A DNA stretch of 64,000 bases from Deferrisomatales bacterium (GTDB taxonomy: Bacteria; Desulfobacterota; Deferrisomatia; Deferrisomatales; JACRMM01), in contig JAWSUI010000010.1 of assembly GCA_033551855.1 (NCBI GenBank), positions 1 through 64,000 of the forward strand, read 5' to 3'. Positions 8,767 to 18,011 of the stretch are shown piece after piece (position 1 is the first letter of the stretch; every line of letters begins with the position of its first letter). A program made the position numbers and the translations under genes. The notes under the pieces were generated by a model. That model searched no databases, had not been told where the DNA came from, and saw nothing but the letters and a program-made list of their open reading frames with translations.

Positions 8767-9930
8767 TCAAAACAGGCCGCCGAGGTCCCCCGCGTAGCCG
8801 GTGAGCTCCACGTAGCCCTCGCAGGTCACCGGGCGGCCGCCGGAGGTCCCCTCCCCCCATACCGCCCCTTCCCAGTACACGACCCCCGTGGACCCGGAAG
8901 TGTCCAGCTCCTGGTCCGGTATCAGAGCCCCAAACACCAACTCGACGCCCGGGGCGATCAGCCGCCACCGGCTCGGGTACCGGGCCCCGCTGCGTGGGCT
9001 CGTCCAACGCTCGCGCACCTCCACCGTGATCTCTGCCAGGGGCAGGGACCTCGAGCTGCCGTCGCGCTCCACCAGGGTTCCCGAGCTGGCCGGCTCGATG
9101 GTCCCGTCCCGGCGACGCAGGAGGTAGACCATGAGATCGCGCCCGTCGGAGAGGTGCAGGCTGAACCAGTCCCAGCCGGCCTGCTCCTCCGAGAGCTGAT
9201 TCGAGCCGAACTCCTGGTCGAACCAGCTCGTGCCCCTCACGAAGAGGGGCTCGGCCCCCGCCCCCAGGACGAGGTGACCCTCCGTCGCCAAGTCGGTAAA
9301 GGACGCGTAGTAGGACGCCTGGCCCGGGGCCGGGCCCTTCCGGCTCAGACCGCCCTTCCCGTGCAGCACCACGGGTTTTCGCGGCACGAGCGCCAGGTCG
9401 AGCCCCATTTCCGCCGTGCGGGCCCGGAGCCGGATCGTCTCGCCCTTCATGACCGCAGTCCAGTCGAGGTTCCAGACGTCCATGCGCCCCTCGAGGGCCC
9501 CGGCCAACCCCGGCCCCGCCCGGTTGAGTCGCTCGGCGTGGCGAAAACGCGGCGGCTCTTCCTCGGTGACGGCGAAGTGCGCCAGGTACGCGTCCCGCAA
9601 GGACCAGGGGTTTTCCGGGTGTGTCGGCTCCCAGCGAACCCCCTGCCGGAAGAAGGTGAGCTGGTAGCCGTAGCGCCGGCCGCCGGCGTCCCGGAGGTTC
9701 CCCGTGAAGTACCACCACTCGGTCCGATAGGCGGGGTGCGCCCCGTGGTCTCGGGGGAAGGACCACTCCCGGGGTCCGACCGCCTGGGCCCACCCAGGAT
9801 CCTCGGCAGAGGTCGGGTGGGCCGCCCACCCCGCACACAGAACCAGGAGGAGAAGACCGACCGAAAGGCCCCCCCGTCGCCTTGTCCGCCGACGGCGGGG
9901 ATGGGGTGCCGAGCGAGGCGACACGCTCAC
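8767..9930 (-). CDS. AttH-like / CrtC-like lipocalin-fold secreted protein
   Basis: FPRDHGAHP..TEWWYFTGNL, GWDWFSL, YWEG, GYVELTGY; GTG start overlaps the permease stop. Confidence 0.85.
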   Translation of the reverse strand: MSVSPRSAPHPRRRRTRRRGGLSVGLLLLVLCAGWAAHPTSAEDPGWAQAVGPREWSFPRDHGAHPAYRTEWWYFTGNLRDAGGRRYGYQLTFFRQGVRWEPTHPENPWSLRDAYLAHFAVTEEEPPRFRHAERLNRAGPGLAGALEGRMDVWNLDWTAVMKGETIRLRARTAEMGLDLALVPRKPVVLHGKGGLSRKGPAPGQASYYASFTDLATEGHLVLGAGAEPLFVRGTSWFDQEFGSNQLSEEQAGWDWFSLHLSDGRDLMVYLLRRRDGTIEPASSGTLVERDGSSRSLPLAEITVEVRERWTSPRSGARYPSRWRLIAPGVELVFGALIPDQELDTSGSTGVVYWEGAVWGEGTSGGRPVTCEGYVELTGYAGDLGGLF

Positions 9931-12389
9931 TCCTCCCGGATCTGGACCTGGGGGAAGGTGCGGAGCACCTTCCACACCGGGTACGCCGCCGCCCCGGCGC
10001 TGGCCAGAAGGGCCGTCGCCAGGGCCGTCGCGAACGGGGTCCCGTCGAAGTGGAAGAAGATCGTCCAGTGAAAGCTCCGGAGGTTGATCACCCGAATGAG
10101 GACGAAGGCGAGCACGGTCCCCAGGCCGACGCTCAGGACGAAGCTCGCGGCCCCCATCCCCAGCCCCTCCAGGAGGGTCATCCCGGCCACCTGGGGGGTG
10201 GAGAAGCCCAGGGCCCGGTAGATGCCGAGCTCCCGTTGCCGCTCCAGGTGAAGGGTCAGCAGGGCCCCGGCGATGCCGAAGAAGGCGACCACCACGGCCA
10301 GGACCCGCATGGAGCGGGTCACGCCGAAGGTGGCGTCGAACACGGCGAGGATGTTGGCGTGGAGCTCCTCCCGGCTGAGCACCGGCAGGCCGAACGCCGC
10401 GGCGCGCCTCCGAACCTCGGCGAGCACTGCACCGGGGTCCGGCGTCCCCGGGTCCAGGAAGACCCCGAGGCTGTCGATGGTCTCGTCCCGAAAGACCCGG
10501 CGGTAGGTTTCGCGGCCCATCATCACGAGACCGTGCTCCGTGGTGTAGTCGTAGAACACCCCGGCCACGGGAAGGTTCACCGGCCCGTCCACGCCGTCCA
10601 GGGTCACCCGGTCCCCCCGCCCCACTCCAAAGCGCCTCCGGAAGCTCTCGGAGACGATGACGGCGTCCTCCTTCACCTCCTCCCAGCTCCGGGGCCCCCC
10701 CTCGACCCACCCGAAGCGGGCATAGGCCTGGAGCACCACCGGGTCGACGGTCGCCAGGTAGATCGGCAGGCCCCGAAACTGGAGGGGGACGTTCCGGTAA
10801 GGGTCGATCCCTCCCACCCCGGGCACCTGCCGGATCTCCTCGTAGGCTTCCGGCGGGACCTCGACCTCGGAGGCACTGGCCACGTACACCTGGCCGGTGA
10901 GCTGGCTGCCCATCCACCAGGTGAGGGTCTCGCGGAAGCTCCCGATCATGAGCCCCAGGCCGACCGACATGGACAGAGCCACGGCGAAGGCGGCCACGGC
11001 CACGGCGGTGCGGCCGAGGTTGCGCCGAATGTTCCGGGCGGCCAGCCTCCCGGGGAGCCCCCCGATCGCGATGGTCACCCGCTCCAGCCCCGGACCCAGG
11101 ACCACGAGGGCCTCGCCCGTGACGAGGCTCGCGGCAACGAGCAGGCCGAAGGCCCCGGCGAACCCCGCGTAGACGTGGGCGGACGCCGCAGGGAAGAGCG
11201 CCAGGCTGAGCGCCGCCACGGCGAGGCCGGCCCAGGCCGCAGACCGGGCCGCGGCCGGGTCCGCGGCGCTGGCCGGCCGCCCCCGGAGCGCCGCCACCGG
11301 GTCGGTACGCAGGAGCTCCCGCAGGGGATAGGAGGCGCCCAGCACGCACGCTCCGCACCCCAAGAGAGCACCGGCGGCGGCGATGGTCCAAGACCACGAC
11401 GGGGGCGTCGGCCGGAGGAAGAAGTAGATGCTGGAGATGGCGTCCCCCACCGGCGCCGTGAGGGCGCGGCTGAGGAGGTAGCCCAGGCCCGCCCCCAGGA
11501 GTCCCCCGAGCCCTCCGAGCAGCAGGAGCTCGGCACCGAAAGCCCGGGCGACCTCGGCCCGGTGCGCCCCCAGGCTGCGCAGGATGCCCGCGTCCCGACG
11601 ACGGCTGACCACTGCGAACATGGCCGTGTTGTAGACGAGGAAGACGCCGACGAAGAGACCGATGAGGGAGAGGGCCTCCAGGTTGAGCCGAAAGGCCCGG
11701 AGCATCTGCTCGAACCCCGCCCGGCGCTGGCCGGTCGACTGCACCCGGAAGCCGGGCTCCCAGCGGGCCCGAAACCCGTCGGCGTCGGAGAGGATCAGGT
11801 CGACCCGGTCCAGGAGGCCTCTCAGTCCGAAGAGCTCCTGGGCGTGTCCGATGTCCAGGAACGCCAAGGGCTCCCCGGCCGGATTCGGGAAGGTGCCGGC
11901 CACCCGAAGGGGTCCCCGGTCGGTGTCGAGCAGCGCCCCCTGACCGACGCCGAGGCGCGAGGCCAGGCCCGCGTCGAGCAGCACCGCCCGCGGATCCTCG
12001 AGGAGGTCGAGTGTCCGGCCCTGGGGCGGGCCGAGATCCGGCCGGAACCGGCGGTCCAGGAAGGGGTCCGCGCCGAGCACCCGGACCCGCTCGCCGCCGG
12101 CCAGGATCACCCGCCGGTCGAGAACCGGCGAAAAGGCTTCCACCCCCGGGTCTGCCGCCAGGCGCCGGAGCTCCCCCTCGTCCAGGGGTCCGGCCGGCCG
12201 GGAGAGGGAGTGGGTCGCGCGGCCCTGGAGGAAATCCACGGCCCGGCCGAAGCTGTCCAGGGCCGCCCGGCCGGTGAGCGCCATCCCCACCGCCGACGCC
12301 ACCCCCACCGCGATCCCCAGGAACTGGAGGACGGACAGGGCACGGCGCCGCAGGAGGTAGCGGAGGAACGCCCGGGTGACCGTGGTCAC
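9927..12389 (-). CDS. FtsX/MacB-like ABC transporter permease (AttF/G-type, duplicated)
   Basis: Two FtsX-like halves (RRRDAGILRSLGA, RQRELGIYRALGF); GTG start overlaps the ATPase stop. Confidence 0.9.
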   Translation of the reverse strand: MTTVTRAFLRYLLRRRALSVLQFLGIAVGVASAVGMALTGRAALDSFGRAVDFLQGRATHSLSRPAGPLDEGELRRLAADPGVEAFSPVLDRRVILAGGERVRVLGADPFLDRRFRPDLGPPQGRTLDLLEDPRAVLLDAGLASRLGVGQGALLDTDRGPLRVAGTFPNPAGEPLAFLDIGHAQELFGLRGLLDRVDLILSDADGFRARWEPGFRVQSTGQRRAGFEQMLRAFRLNLEALSLIGLFVGVFLVYNTAMFAVVSRRRDAGILRSLGAHRAEVARAFGAELLLLGGLGGLLGAGLGYLLSRALTAPVGDAISSIYFFLRPTPPSWSWTIAAAGALLGCGACVLGASYPLRELLRTDPVAALRGRPASAADPAAARSAAWAGLAVAALSLALFPAASAHVYAGFAGAFGLLVAASLVTGEALVVLGPGLERVTIAIGGLPGRLAARNIRRNLGRTAVAVAAFAVALSMSVGLGLMIGSFRETLTWWMGSQLTGQVYVASASEVEVPPEAYEEIRQVPGVGGIDPYRNVPLQFRGLPIYLATVDPVVLQAYARFGWVEGGPRSWEEVKEDAVIVSESFRRRFGVGRGDRVTLDGVDGPVNLPVAGVFYDYTTEHGLVMMGRETYRRVFRDETIDSLGVFLDPGTPDPGAVLAEVRRRAAAFGLPVLSREELHANILAVFDATFGVTRSMRVLAVVVAFFGIAGALLTLHLERQRELGIYRALGFSTPQVAGMTLLEGLGMGAASFVLSVGLGTVLAFVLIRVINLRSFHWTIFFHFDGTPFATALATALLASAGAAAYPVWKVLRTFPQVQIREE

Positions 12390-13087
12390 CCCCCCGCCTC
12401 CCCACCCGCGGGGGGCGGGAGCTCCTCCACCACCCGGCCGTCCGTCATCCGCAGCACCCGGTCTGCCACCCGGGAGGTCCTCGGGCTGTGGGTCGCCATC
12501 AGGAGGGTGGCACCGCTGTCCCTGCAGTGCCCCGCGAGGAGATCGAGGACCTCGTCCCCGGTGCGGGTGTCGAGGTTGCCGGTGGGCTCGTCCGCCAGGA
12601 TGAGCGGGGGCCGCTTGACCACCGCCCGGGCGATGGCGACCCGCTGCTGCTCTCCCCCGGAGAGCTCCTGGGGGAAGCGGGCCTCCTTCCCGGCCAGACC
12701 GACAGCCGCCAGTGCCCCCCGGGCCGCCCCGGGACTCGGGTTGCCCGCTAGCTCCAGGGCCAACAGCACGTTTTCCAGGGCGGTGAGCGTGGGCAGCAGG
12801 TTGAAGAACTGGAACACGAACCCGATGCGGGACCGCCGCAGCCGAGTCCGCTCCCCCTCCCCGAGGGCGGAGAGGTCGCGGCCCTCCACCTCGACCCGGC
12901 CGCTGGTGGGCCGGTCCAACCCCGCGAGGAGGTGGAGCAGGGTGGACTTTCCGGAGCCGCTCCGGCCGTACAGGGCCACCACCTCCCCCGCTTCCACGGC
13001 GAAGGAGGTCCCCCGCAGCGCGGCGCACTCGGGCCCTCCGCGCCCTTCGTAGCTCTTCCAGAGGTCCGTCACGCGCAGCACCGACAT
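12386..13087 (-). CDS. ABC transporter ATP-binding protein, LolD/AttE-like
   Basis: GRSGSGKS, LSGGEQQ, LADEPTGNLD. Confidence 0.95.
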   Translation of the reverse strand: MSVLRVTDLWKSYEGRGGPECAALRGTSFAVEAGEVVALYGRSGSGKSTLLHLLAGLDRPTSGRVEVEGRDLSALGEGERTRLRRSRIGFVFQFFNLLPTLTALENVLLALELAGNPSPGAARGALAAVGLAGKEARFPQELSGGEQQRVAIARAVVKRPPLILADEPTGNLDTRTGDEVLDLLAGHCRDSGATLLMATHSPRTSRVADRVLRMTDGRVVEELPPPAGGEAGG

Positions 13088-13140
13088 CGTCTGCGATCCC
13101 TCAGCGGCGAGGCCGGGTGCGGGTCAATGCCTCCCGGGGG

Positions 13141-13349
13141 CCTGGATTCACCGGCTGGTTGGCAAGCGGGGTCCGGGAGCCCCTGCGTTTCGCCCCCCAA
13201 TCCGCGGCAATTCGAAGAGAGGTGCCCCAGCAGTCCCCGGTGCCTCGGGCTTCACCCGCTTGCGCCGGCCTCGTCGGGCGGTGGATGCGGTGCGGGGCCA
13301 CACTCCTGGGCTCCCGGACTCCGCCCCACAATCTGGCAGTGGATTCGGG
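13141..13349 (+). repeat. Family A palindromic intergenic repeat, copy A2 (best preserved)
   Basis: Outer stem 13141-13153 / 13337-13349; inner stem GCGGGGTCCGGGAGCCC (13166-13182) / GGGCTCCCGGACTCCGC (13308-13324). Confidence 0.85.
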
Positions 13350-13360
13350 GGGGCTCCGCC

Positions 13361-14062
13361 TCAGCGGGCTGCGGTCAGGACGATCTCCACCCTGCGGTTG
13401 CGCTGGCGCCCCTCGGAGGTGTCGTTGGGGGCGACGGGCCGGTAGAGGGAGATCCCCACGGCCTCCATGCGCTCCGGGGCCACGGCGTGGGCGTGCTGGA
13501 AGTAGCGGACCACGCTCGAGGCCCGGGCCGCCGAGAGCTCCCAGTTGGAGAAGAAGCGGTCCTTGAGGGCCGCCCCGATCGGCACGTCGTCGGTGTGCCC
13601 CTCGACCCGGATGCGCTCCTCGGACCCCTTGAGGGAATCGGCGAGCTTCGTCAGTACCCTCTGCCCCTCCGGCAGGATCTGTGCGCTCCCGGAGCGGAAG
13701 AGGATCTTGTCCAGGACCCGCACCGAGAGCTTGCCCCGCAGGTTCTCGATCTCCACCGTCTTGTCCCGGAGCTCCGCCTGGAGGCGGGCGCGCAGGTCGT
13801 CCTCGCGCCGCTTCAGGGCCTCGGCCGCCTGCTGGCTCGCCACAAGGTCCTGGCGGGCCCGTTGGAGGTCCGCCTCGCAGGAAACCGCCCGGGCCCGGGC
13901 TCCATCCCACTCGGTCCGCAGCGTCGCCGCTGCCTCCTGGCAGGAGGCCAGCTCGGCCCGGCAAGCATCCAAGGCGGCGTCCTTTTCCGCCACGATCTGC
14001 TTCGAGACGCCGCAGCCCCCCAACAGGAGGAGGCCGATTGCGAGAATCCCTGCGCGCTTCAT
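13361..14062 (-). CDS. OmpA/MotB-family lipoprotein with coiled coil
   Basis: LLLLGGC lipobox; VEGHTDD, NWELSAARA, NRRVEI. Confidence 0.9.
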   Translation of the reverse strand: MKRAGILAIGLLLLGGCGVSKQIVAEKDAALDACRAELASCQEAAATLRTEWDGARARAVSCEADLQRARQDLVASQQAAEALKRREDDLRARLQAELRDKTVEIENLRGKLSVRVLDKILFRSGSAQILPEGQRVLTKLADSLKGSEERIRVEGHTDDVPIGAALKDRFFSNWELSAARASSVVRYFQHAHAVAPERMEAVGISLYRPVAPNDTSEGRQRNRRVEIVLTAAR

Positions 14063-14115
14063 GACGATTCTCCTTTCCGTCCCCGGGGGAGGCGGGGACC
14101 ACCTGGTGGAGAGCC

Positions 14116-14143
14116 AGTATAGGGGGGGGATTGGGGTTGGCAA
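14116..14143 (-). promoter_or_regulatory. Putative sigma70 promoter for the OmpA/MotB gene
   Basis: TTGCCA-16 bp-TATACT on the minus strand. Confidence 0.5.
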
Positions 14144-14270
14144 GGCCCGGGGGGCTCCCGGCCCCGGGGCCCCGGACACCGGTGGGCCCACGGGGCGCGG
14201 GGGTCTGGCGGTCACCTCCCGGGGCGGGTAGAGTTGCCGGGACAACCCACCGCCCACCCCGGAGGAACAC

Positions 14271-15368
14271 ATGGGTGCACCGTTTTCCGCGGAAGCGCGC
14301 CAGGTCGACACCGTGTCCGCCGTGCTGACCCTGAGGGGCCGCCTCGATGCGGGGGCCGAGCCCCCCCTATCGGACGCCCACAACCAGACCCGCAACCGGA
14401 GCACGGCGGTGGTCGCCGTGGACTGCACGGGCCTCGACTTCGTCGACGGCTCGGGGCTCGGGCTCCTGGTGAAGCTCTGGTCCTGGACCCGTACCGAGGG
14501 CCAGGCGGTGCGGCTGTTCGGGCTGGGGGAGCGGTGGGAAGCCCTCCTGCGGGAACTGGGACTCCATGACGCTTTGCCCCTGTTTCCCGGGGAGCGGGAG
14601 GCCCTTGCCGGTGGGCCCCGCGGCCCAACCGCCCCGTCGCCGGGGAGCGGGGACGTCTTCCGGGCCGTCGGCTGGGCGGTGGCTCTGGGCCGCGCCCGGC
14701 CGGGGCACCCCGCCCAGGGGTTTTCCCAGGCCAACGTGGAGGGCCGCCGGGTGCAGGGGCCTCTCCAGGGGTTCGGCCAACTGTGGCACAAGACCTACCG
14801 CACCCGACTCTCCGGAGTGACCGTCTCCCCCGGGGAGGTGGGCCGGGTCTTCCGGGAGCACCTGGGGGAGCTCTGGCCCGAGGGGAACCAGCTGTACCTT
14901 CCACCCCCGGGAGTGGTCCCGGGGGCCGTCGGGGCGATCCACCTGCGCATGCCCGGCGGGGTGCCCCTGGACACGGGGGTGCGGGTGCTCCACGCCGACG
15001 CCGCGTCCTTCACGCTGGCCACGCTGGAGGGGCACCTCCAGGCCGGCTGGATCACGTTCGGGGCCTACGACACCGGAGACTGCACCGCGGCACAGGTCCA
15101 GTCCCTGGGCCGCACCGGGGACCCCCTCTACGAGCTCGGCTTCCGGCTCTTCGGCCACGCTCAGCAGGAACACTTTTGGGGAGCCACCCTGGCGGCCTTG
15201 GGGTCCCGTCTCGGGGTGGCCGTGCGGGTGGAAGCCGTCAAGGACCTCCTGGACCCGGGCCTGAACTGGGCCGCTGCCCCGAACCTCTGGCGCAACGCGG
15301 GGTTGCGCACCGGCCTGCAGGCGGCCGCTGCCGGGGTGGGGCGCCTCCTCTCGGCGGGCAGGCGCTGA
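14271..15368 (+). CDS. STAS (anti-anti-sigma) domain fused to an uncharacterised C-terminal domain (DUF1990-like)
   Basis: VDCTGLDFVDGSGLGLL STAS signature; C-terminal QGPLQGFGQLWHKTY and TLEGHLQAGWITF. Confidence 0.7.
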   Translation: MGAPFSAEARQVDTVSAVLTLRGRLDAGAEPPLSDAHNQTRNRSTAVVAVDCTGLDFVDGSGLGLLVKLWSWTRTEGQAVRLFGLGERWEALLRELGLHDALPLFPGEREALAGGPRGPTAPSPGSGDVFRAVGWAVALGRARPGHPAQGFSQANVEGRRVQGPLQGFGQLWHKTYRTRLSGVTVSPGEVGRVFREHLGELWPEGNQLYLPPPGVVPGAVGAIHLRMPGGVPLDTGVRVLHADAASFTLATLEGHLQAGWITFGAYDTGDCTAAQVQSLGRTGDPLYELGFRLFGHAQQEHFWGATLAALGSRLGVAVRVEAVKDLLDPGLNWAAAPNLWRNAGLRTGLQAAAAGVGRLLSAGRR

Positions 15369-15369
15369 C

Positions 15370-16842
15370 GTGCTCTTCGCAGACCGCGGTCCCGGCCCGG
15401 GCACGGACGCCCTGGTGGTGGGCTCGGGCCCCAACGGCTTGGCCGCTGCGGCGGCGCTGGCCCGAGAGGGTCTCTCGGTGGAGGTCTGGGAGGGGCACGC
15501 GCTCCTGGGAGGAGGCTGCCGCTCCCAGGAGCTCACCCTGCCCGGCTTCCTCCACGACGTCTGCTCTGCGGTCCATCCCATGGGGTTGAGCTCCCCGTTC
15601 CTCCGCCGCCTTCCCCTCGCGACGCACGGCGTGGAGTGGGTGCTGCCGCCCGTCCCCCTCGCCCACCCCTTAGACGACGGGACTGCCGCGGTCTTGGAGC
15701 ACGGTGCGGACGCCACCGCGGAGAAACTCGGCCCCGATGCCGCCGCCTGGCGGAGGCTCATGGAGCCCCTGGCCGGCGCTTGGTTGGAGCTCGCGGAGGA
15801 CCTCCTCGCCCCCCCCATCCACCGGGTCCGCCACCCGGCGGCCTTGGCACGCTTCGGCCTGCTCGCCCTGCGCTCGGCCAGAGGACTGGCGGAGAGCCGG
15901 TTCCGCGGCCCCCGGGCCCGCGCGCTCTTCGCGGGCATGGCGGCCCACGGCGTCGTTCCCCTGGAGCGGGCCGGCACCGCGGCCTTCGGGCTCGCGCTGG
16001 GGGCGGCGGGACAGGCCGTGGGCTGGCCCCTGGTGCGGGGCGGCTCCCAGGCCCTGGCCGCGGGCTTGGCGGACTACGTGCGGGGGCTCGGAGGGATCGT
16101 CCGGACGGGCATGCCGGTGCGGTCCTGGGAGGATCTGCCCCGGGTCCGCTCGGTCCTGTGGGACGTCACCCCCCGCCAGCTCCTGGCCCTCGGGGGGACG
16201 CGGCTTCCCGGCTCCTACCGGCGGGCCCTCCGGGGGTTCCGCTACGGCCCCGGAGTGTTCAAGGTGGACTGGGCGTTGTCCGAGCCGATCCCCTGGACCT
16301 CTTCCGAGTGCCGCCGGGCCGGGACCATCCACCTGGGGGGGACCCTCGAGGAGATCGCCGCCTGCGAGAAGGCGGTCTGGCGCGGGAGGACGCCCGGCAA
16401 ACCCTACACGATCCTGGTCCAGCCGACTCTCTTCGATCCGTCCCGGGCCCCCCCGGGACGCCACACCGCCTGGGCCTACTGCCACGTGCCCAGCGGCTCG
16501 CCAGAGGACCTCACGGGTCGGATCGAGGCCCAGGTGGAGCGCTTCGCCCCCGGCTTCCGGGAGTGCGTGCTGGCCCGGAGCTCCCTCGGTCCCCGGGAGC
16601 TCGAGGCCCACAACCCCAACTACGTGGGAGGAGACATCGGCGGGGGCGTCCAGGACCTCCGCCAGACCTTCGCCCGGCCCGTGGCCGGGTCGGCGCCCTA
16701 CCGGACCCCGGTGAAGGGGTGGTACCTATGCTCCTCCTCCACCCCCCCGGGGGGCGGGGTGCACGGGATGTGCGGCTTCCACGCCGCCGCGGCACTGCTC
16801 GGGGACCTCGGCAAGCCCAAGGGGCGGTGGGGGGCCCGGTGA
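15370..16842 (+). CDS. FAD-dependent oxidoreductase, phytoene dehydrogenase-related (COG1233)
   Basis: VGSGPNGLAAA, HDVCSAVHP, TPPGGGVHGMCG. Confidence 0.9.
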   Translation: MLFADRGPGPGTDALVVGSGPNGLAAAAALAREGLSVEVWEGHALLGGGCRSQELTLPGFLHDVCSAVHPMGLSSPFLRRLPLATHGVEWVLPPVPLAHPLDDGTAAVLEHGADATAEKLGPDAAAWRRLMEPLAGAWLELAEDLLAPPIHRVRHPAALARFGLLALRSARGLAESRFRGPRARALFAGMAAHGVVPLERAGTAAFGLALGAAGQAVGWPLVRGGSQALAAGLADYVRGLGGIVRTGMPVRSWEDLPRVRSVLWDVTPRQLLALGGTRLPGSYRRALRGFRYGPGVFKVDWALSEPIPWTSSECRRAGTIHLGGTLEEIAACEKAVWRGRTPGKPYTILVQPTLFDPSRAPPGRHTAWAYCHVPSGSPEDLTGRIEAQVERFAPGFRECVLARSSLGPRELEAHNPNYVGGDIGGGVQDLRQTFARPVAGSAPYRTPVKGWYLCSSSTPPGGGVHGMCGFHAAAALLGDLGKPKGRWGAR

Positions 16843-18011
16843 GCACCAGGACCGTCCTCGTCCTGGGCGGGGGGTACGCCGGCCTGGCCGCCCTGCGCAC
16901 CCTCTCCCGACTCCTGGACCGCGCGCGCTACCGGGTGCGGCTCCTGGACGCCTCGCCCCACCACACCATCAAGACCCGGTTCCACGAGCGGGCCGTCGTG
17001 GGGACCCGGGAGCTCCTGCTCCGCCTGCCCCTGAAGACCCTCGTGACGGCCTCGGGCGCCGAGTTCGTGCAGGAGGAGGTCCGGGGCCTCGACTTCCGGA
17101 AGCGGGTCGTACACGGAGGCTCCGGGGAGCACCCCTACGACCTCCTCCTCGTGGCCCTCGGCGGCCGGACCACCTCCTTGGGCGTAGAGGGCGCCGACCG
17201 CCACACGGAGTCGCTCCAGACCTTCGAGGCAGCCAACCACTGCGCTCGTCGGGTGGCAGAGCTCGGGATCGGCAAGCCGGGGGTGCACCGGCGGGTCGTG
17301 GTCTGCGGCGCCGGGATCGAGGGACTCGAAGTGGCGGCGATGCTGCGCCAGATCGCCTCCCGGGAGGCCTGCGAGATCGCCGTGGTGGAGAAGGGCCGGG
17401 AGGTGATGGCACGCTCCCAGTGCCGCCCGGGCGAGCGCCGCTACGTGACCCGCTACATGGAGGAGCGGGGCATCGAGCTCCTCCTGGGGGTGGGCGTGTC
17501 CCGGGTGGATGCCGGCGGGGTGCTCCTGGAGGACGGCCGGCGGCTCGAGGCGGACCTGGTGGTCTGGTGCAGCGGGGTCCGGCGGGTGGAGGTCGCGGGC
17601 CTGGAGCCCGACACCCCCTTCACCGTCAACCGCAACCTACAGAGCCCCTCCCACCCCGAGGTGTTCGCCTCCGGGGACTTCGCCACCGTGGACACCCGCG
17701 ACGAGCTCGCGAACCTCGGGAGCGCCCAGCGCGCCGTGTACCAGGGGGCCCTGGCGGCGGAGAACCTCTGGCGGCACGAGACCCTGCGCCCCCTGCGGCC
17801 GGCCCGGTACCGGCCCATCGGGGAGATGGTCGGTTTCGGGGACTTCGACGGGGTGGGCGTGGTCTACGGCATCGGGGTCCGCGGCAAGGCCGCGGCACTG
17901 GCCAAGAAGGCCAACGAGGTCAAGTATCTGGCCGAGCTCTGCCGCGACCTTCCGGGGTCCCTGGCCCGGAGCGTCCTCTCGGGCGGCCGGGGCGACGAGC
18001 GCCAGGCGTGA
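16839..18011 (+). CDS. NDH-2-like FAD/NAD(P)H oxidoreductase
   Basis: VLGGGYAG, VCGAGIEGLE, FASGD; GTGA overlap with the upstream gene. Confidence 0.8.
   Translation: MSTRTVLVLGGGYAGLAALRTLSRLLDRARYRVRLLDASPHHTIKTRFHERAVVGTRELLLRLPLKTLVTASGAEFVQEEVRGLDFRKRVVHGGSGEHPYDLLLVALGGRTTSLGVEGADRHTESLQTFEAANHCARRVAELGIGKPGVHRRVVVCGAGIEGLEVAAMLRQIASREACEIAVVEKGREVMARSQCRPGERRYVTRYMEERGIELLLGVGVSRVDAGGVLLEDGRRLEADLVVWCSGVRRVEVAGLEPDTPFTVNRNLQSPSHPEVFASGDFATVDTRDELANLGSAQRAVYQGALAAENLWRHETLRPLRPARYRPIGEMVGFGDFDGVGVVYGIGVRGKAAALAKKANEVKYLAELCRDLPGSLARSVLSGGRGDERQA

Noticed and set aside
8767..16842. Carotenoid biosynthesis cluster (CrtC-like and CrtI-like genes)
   Set aside because: No phytoene synthase in the window; both genes belong to broad families often mislabelled as crt
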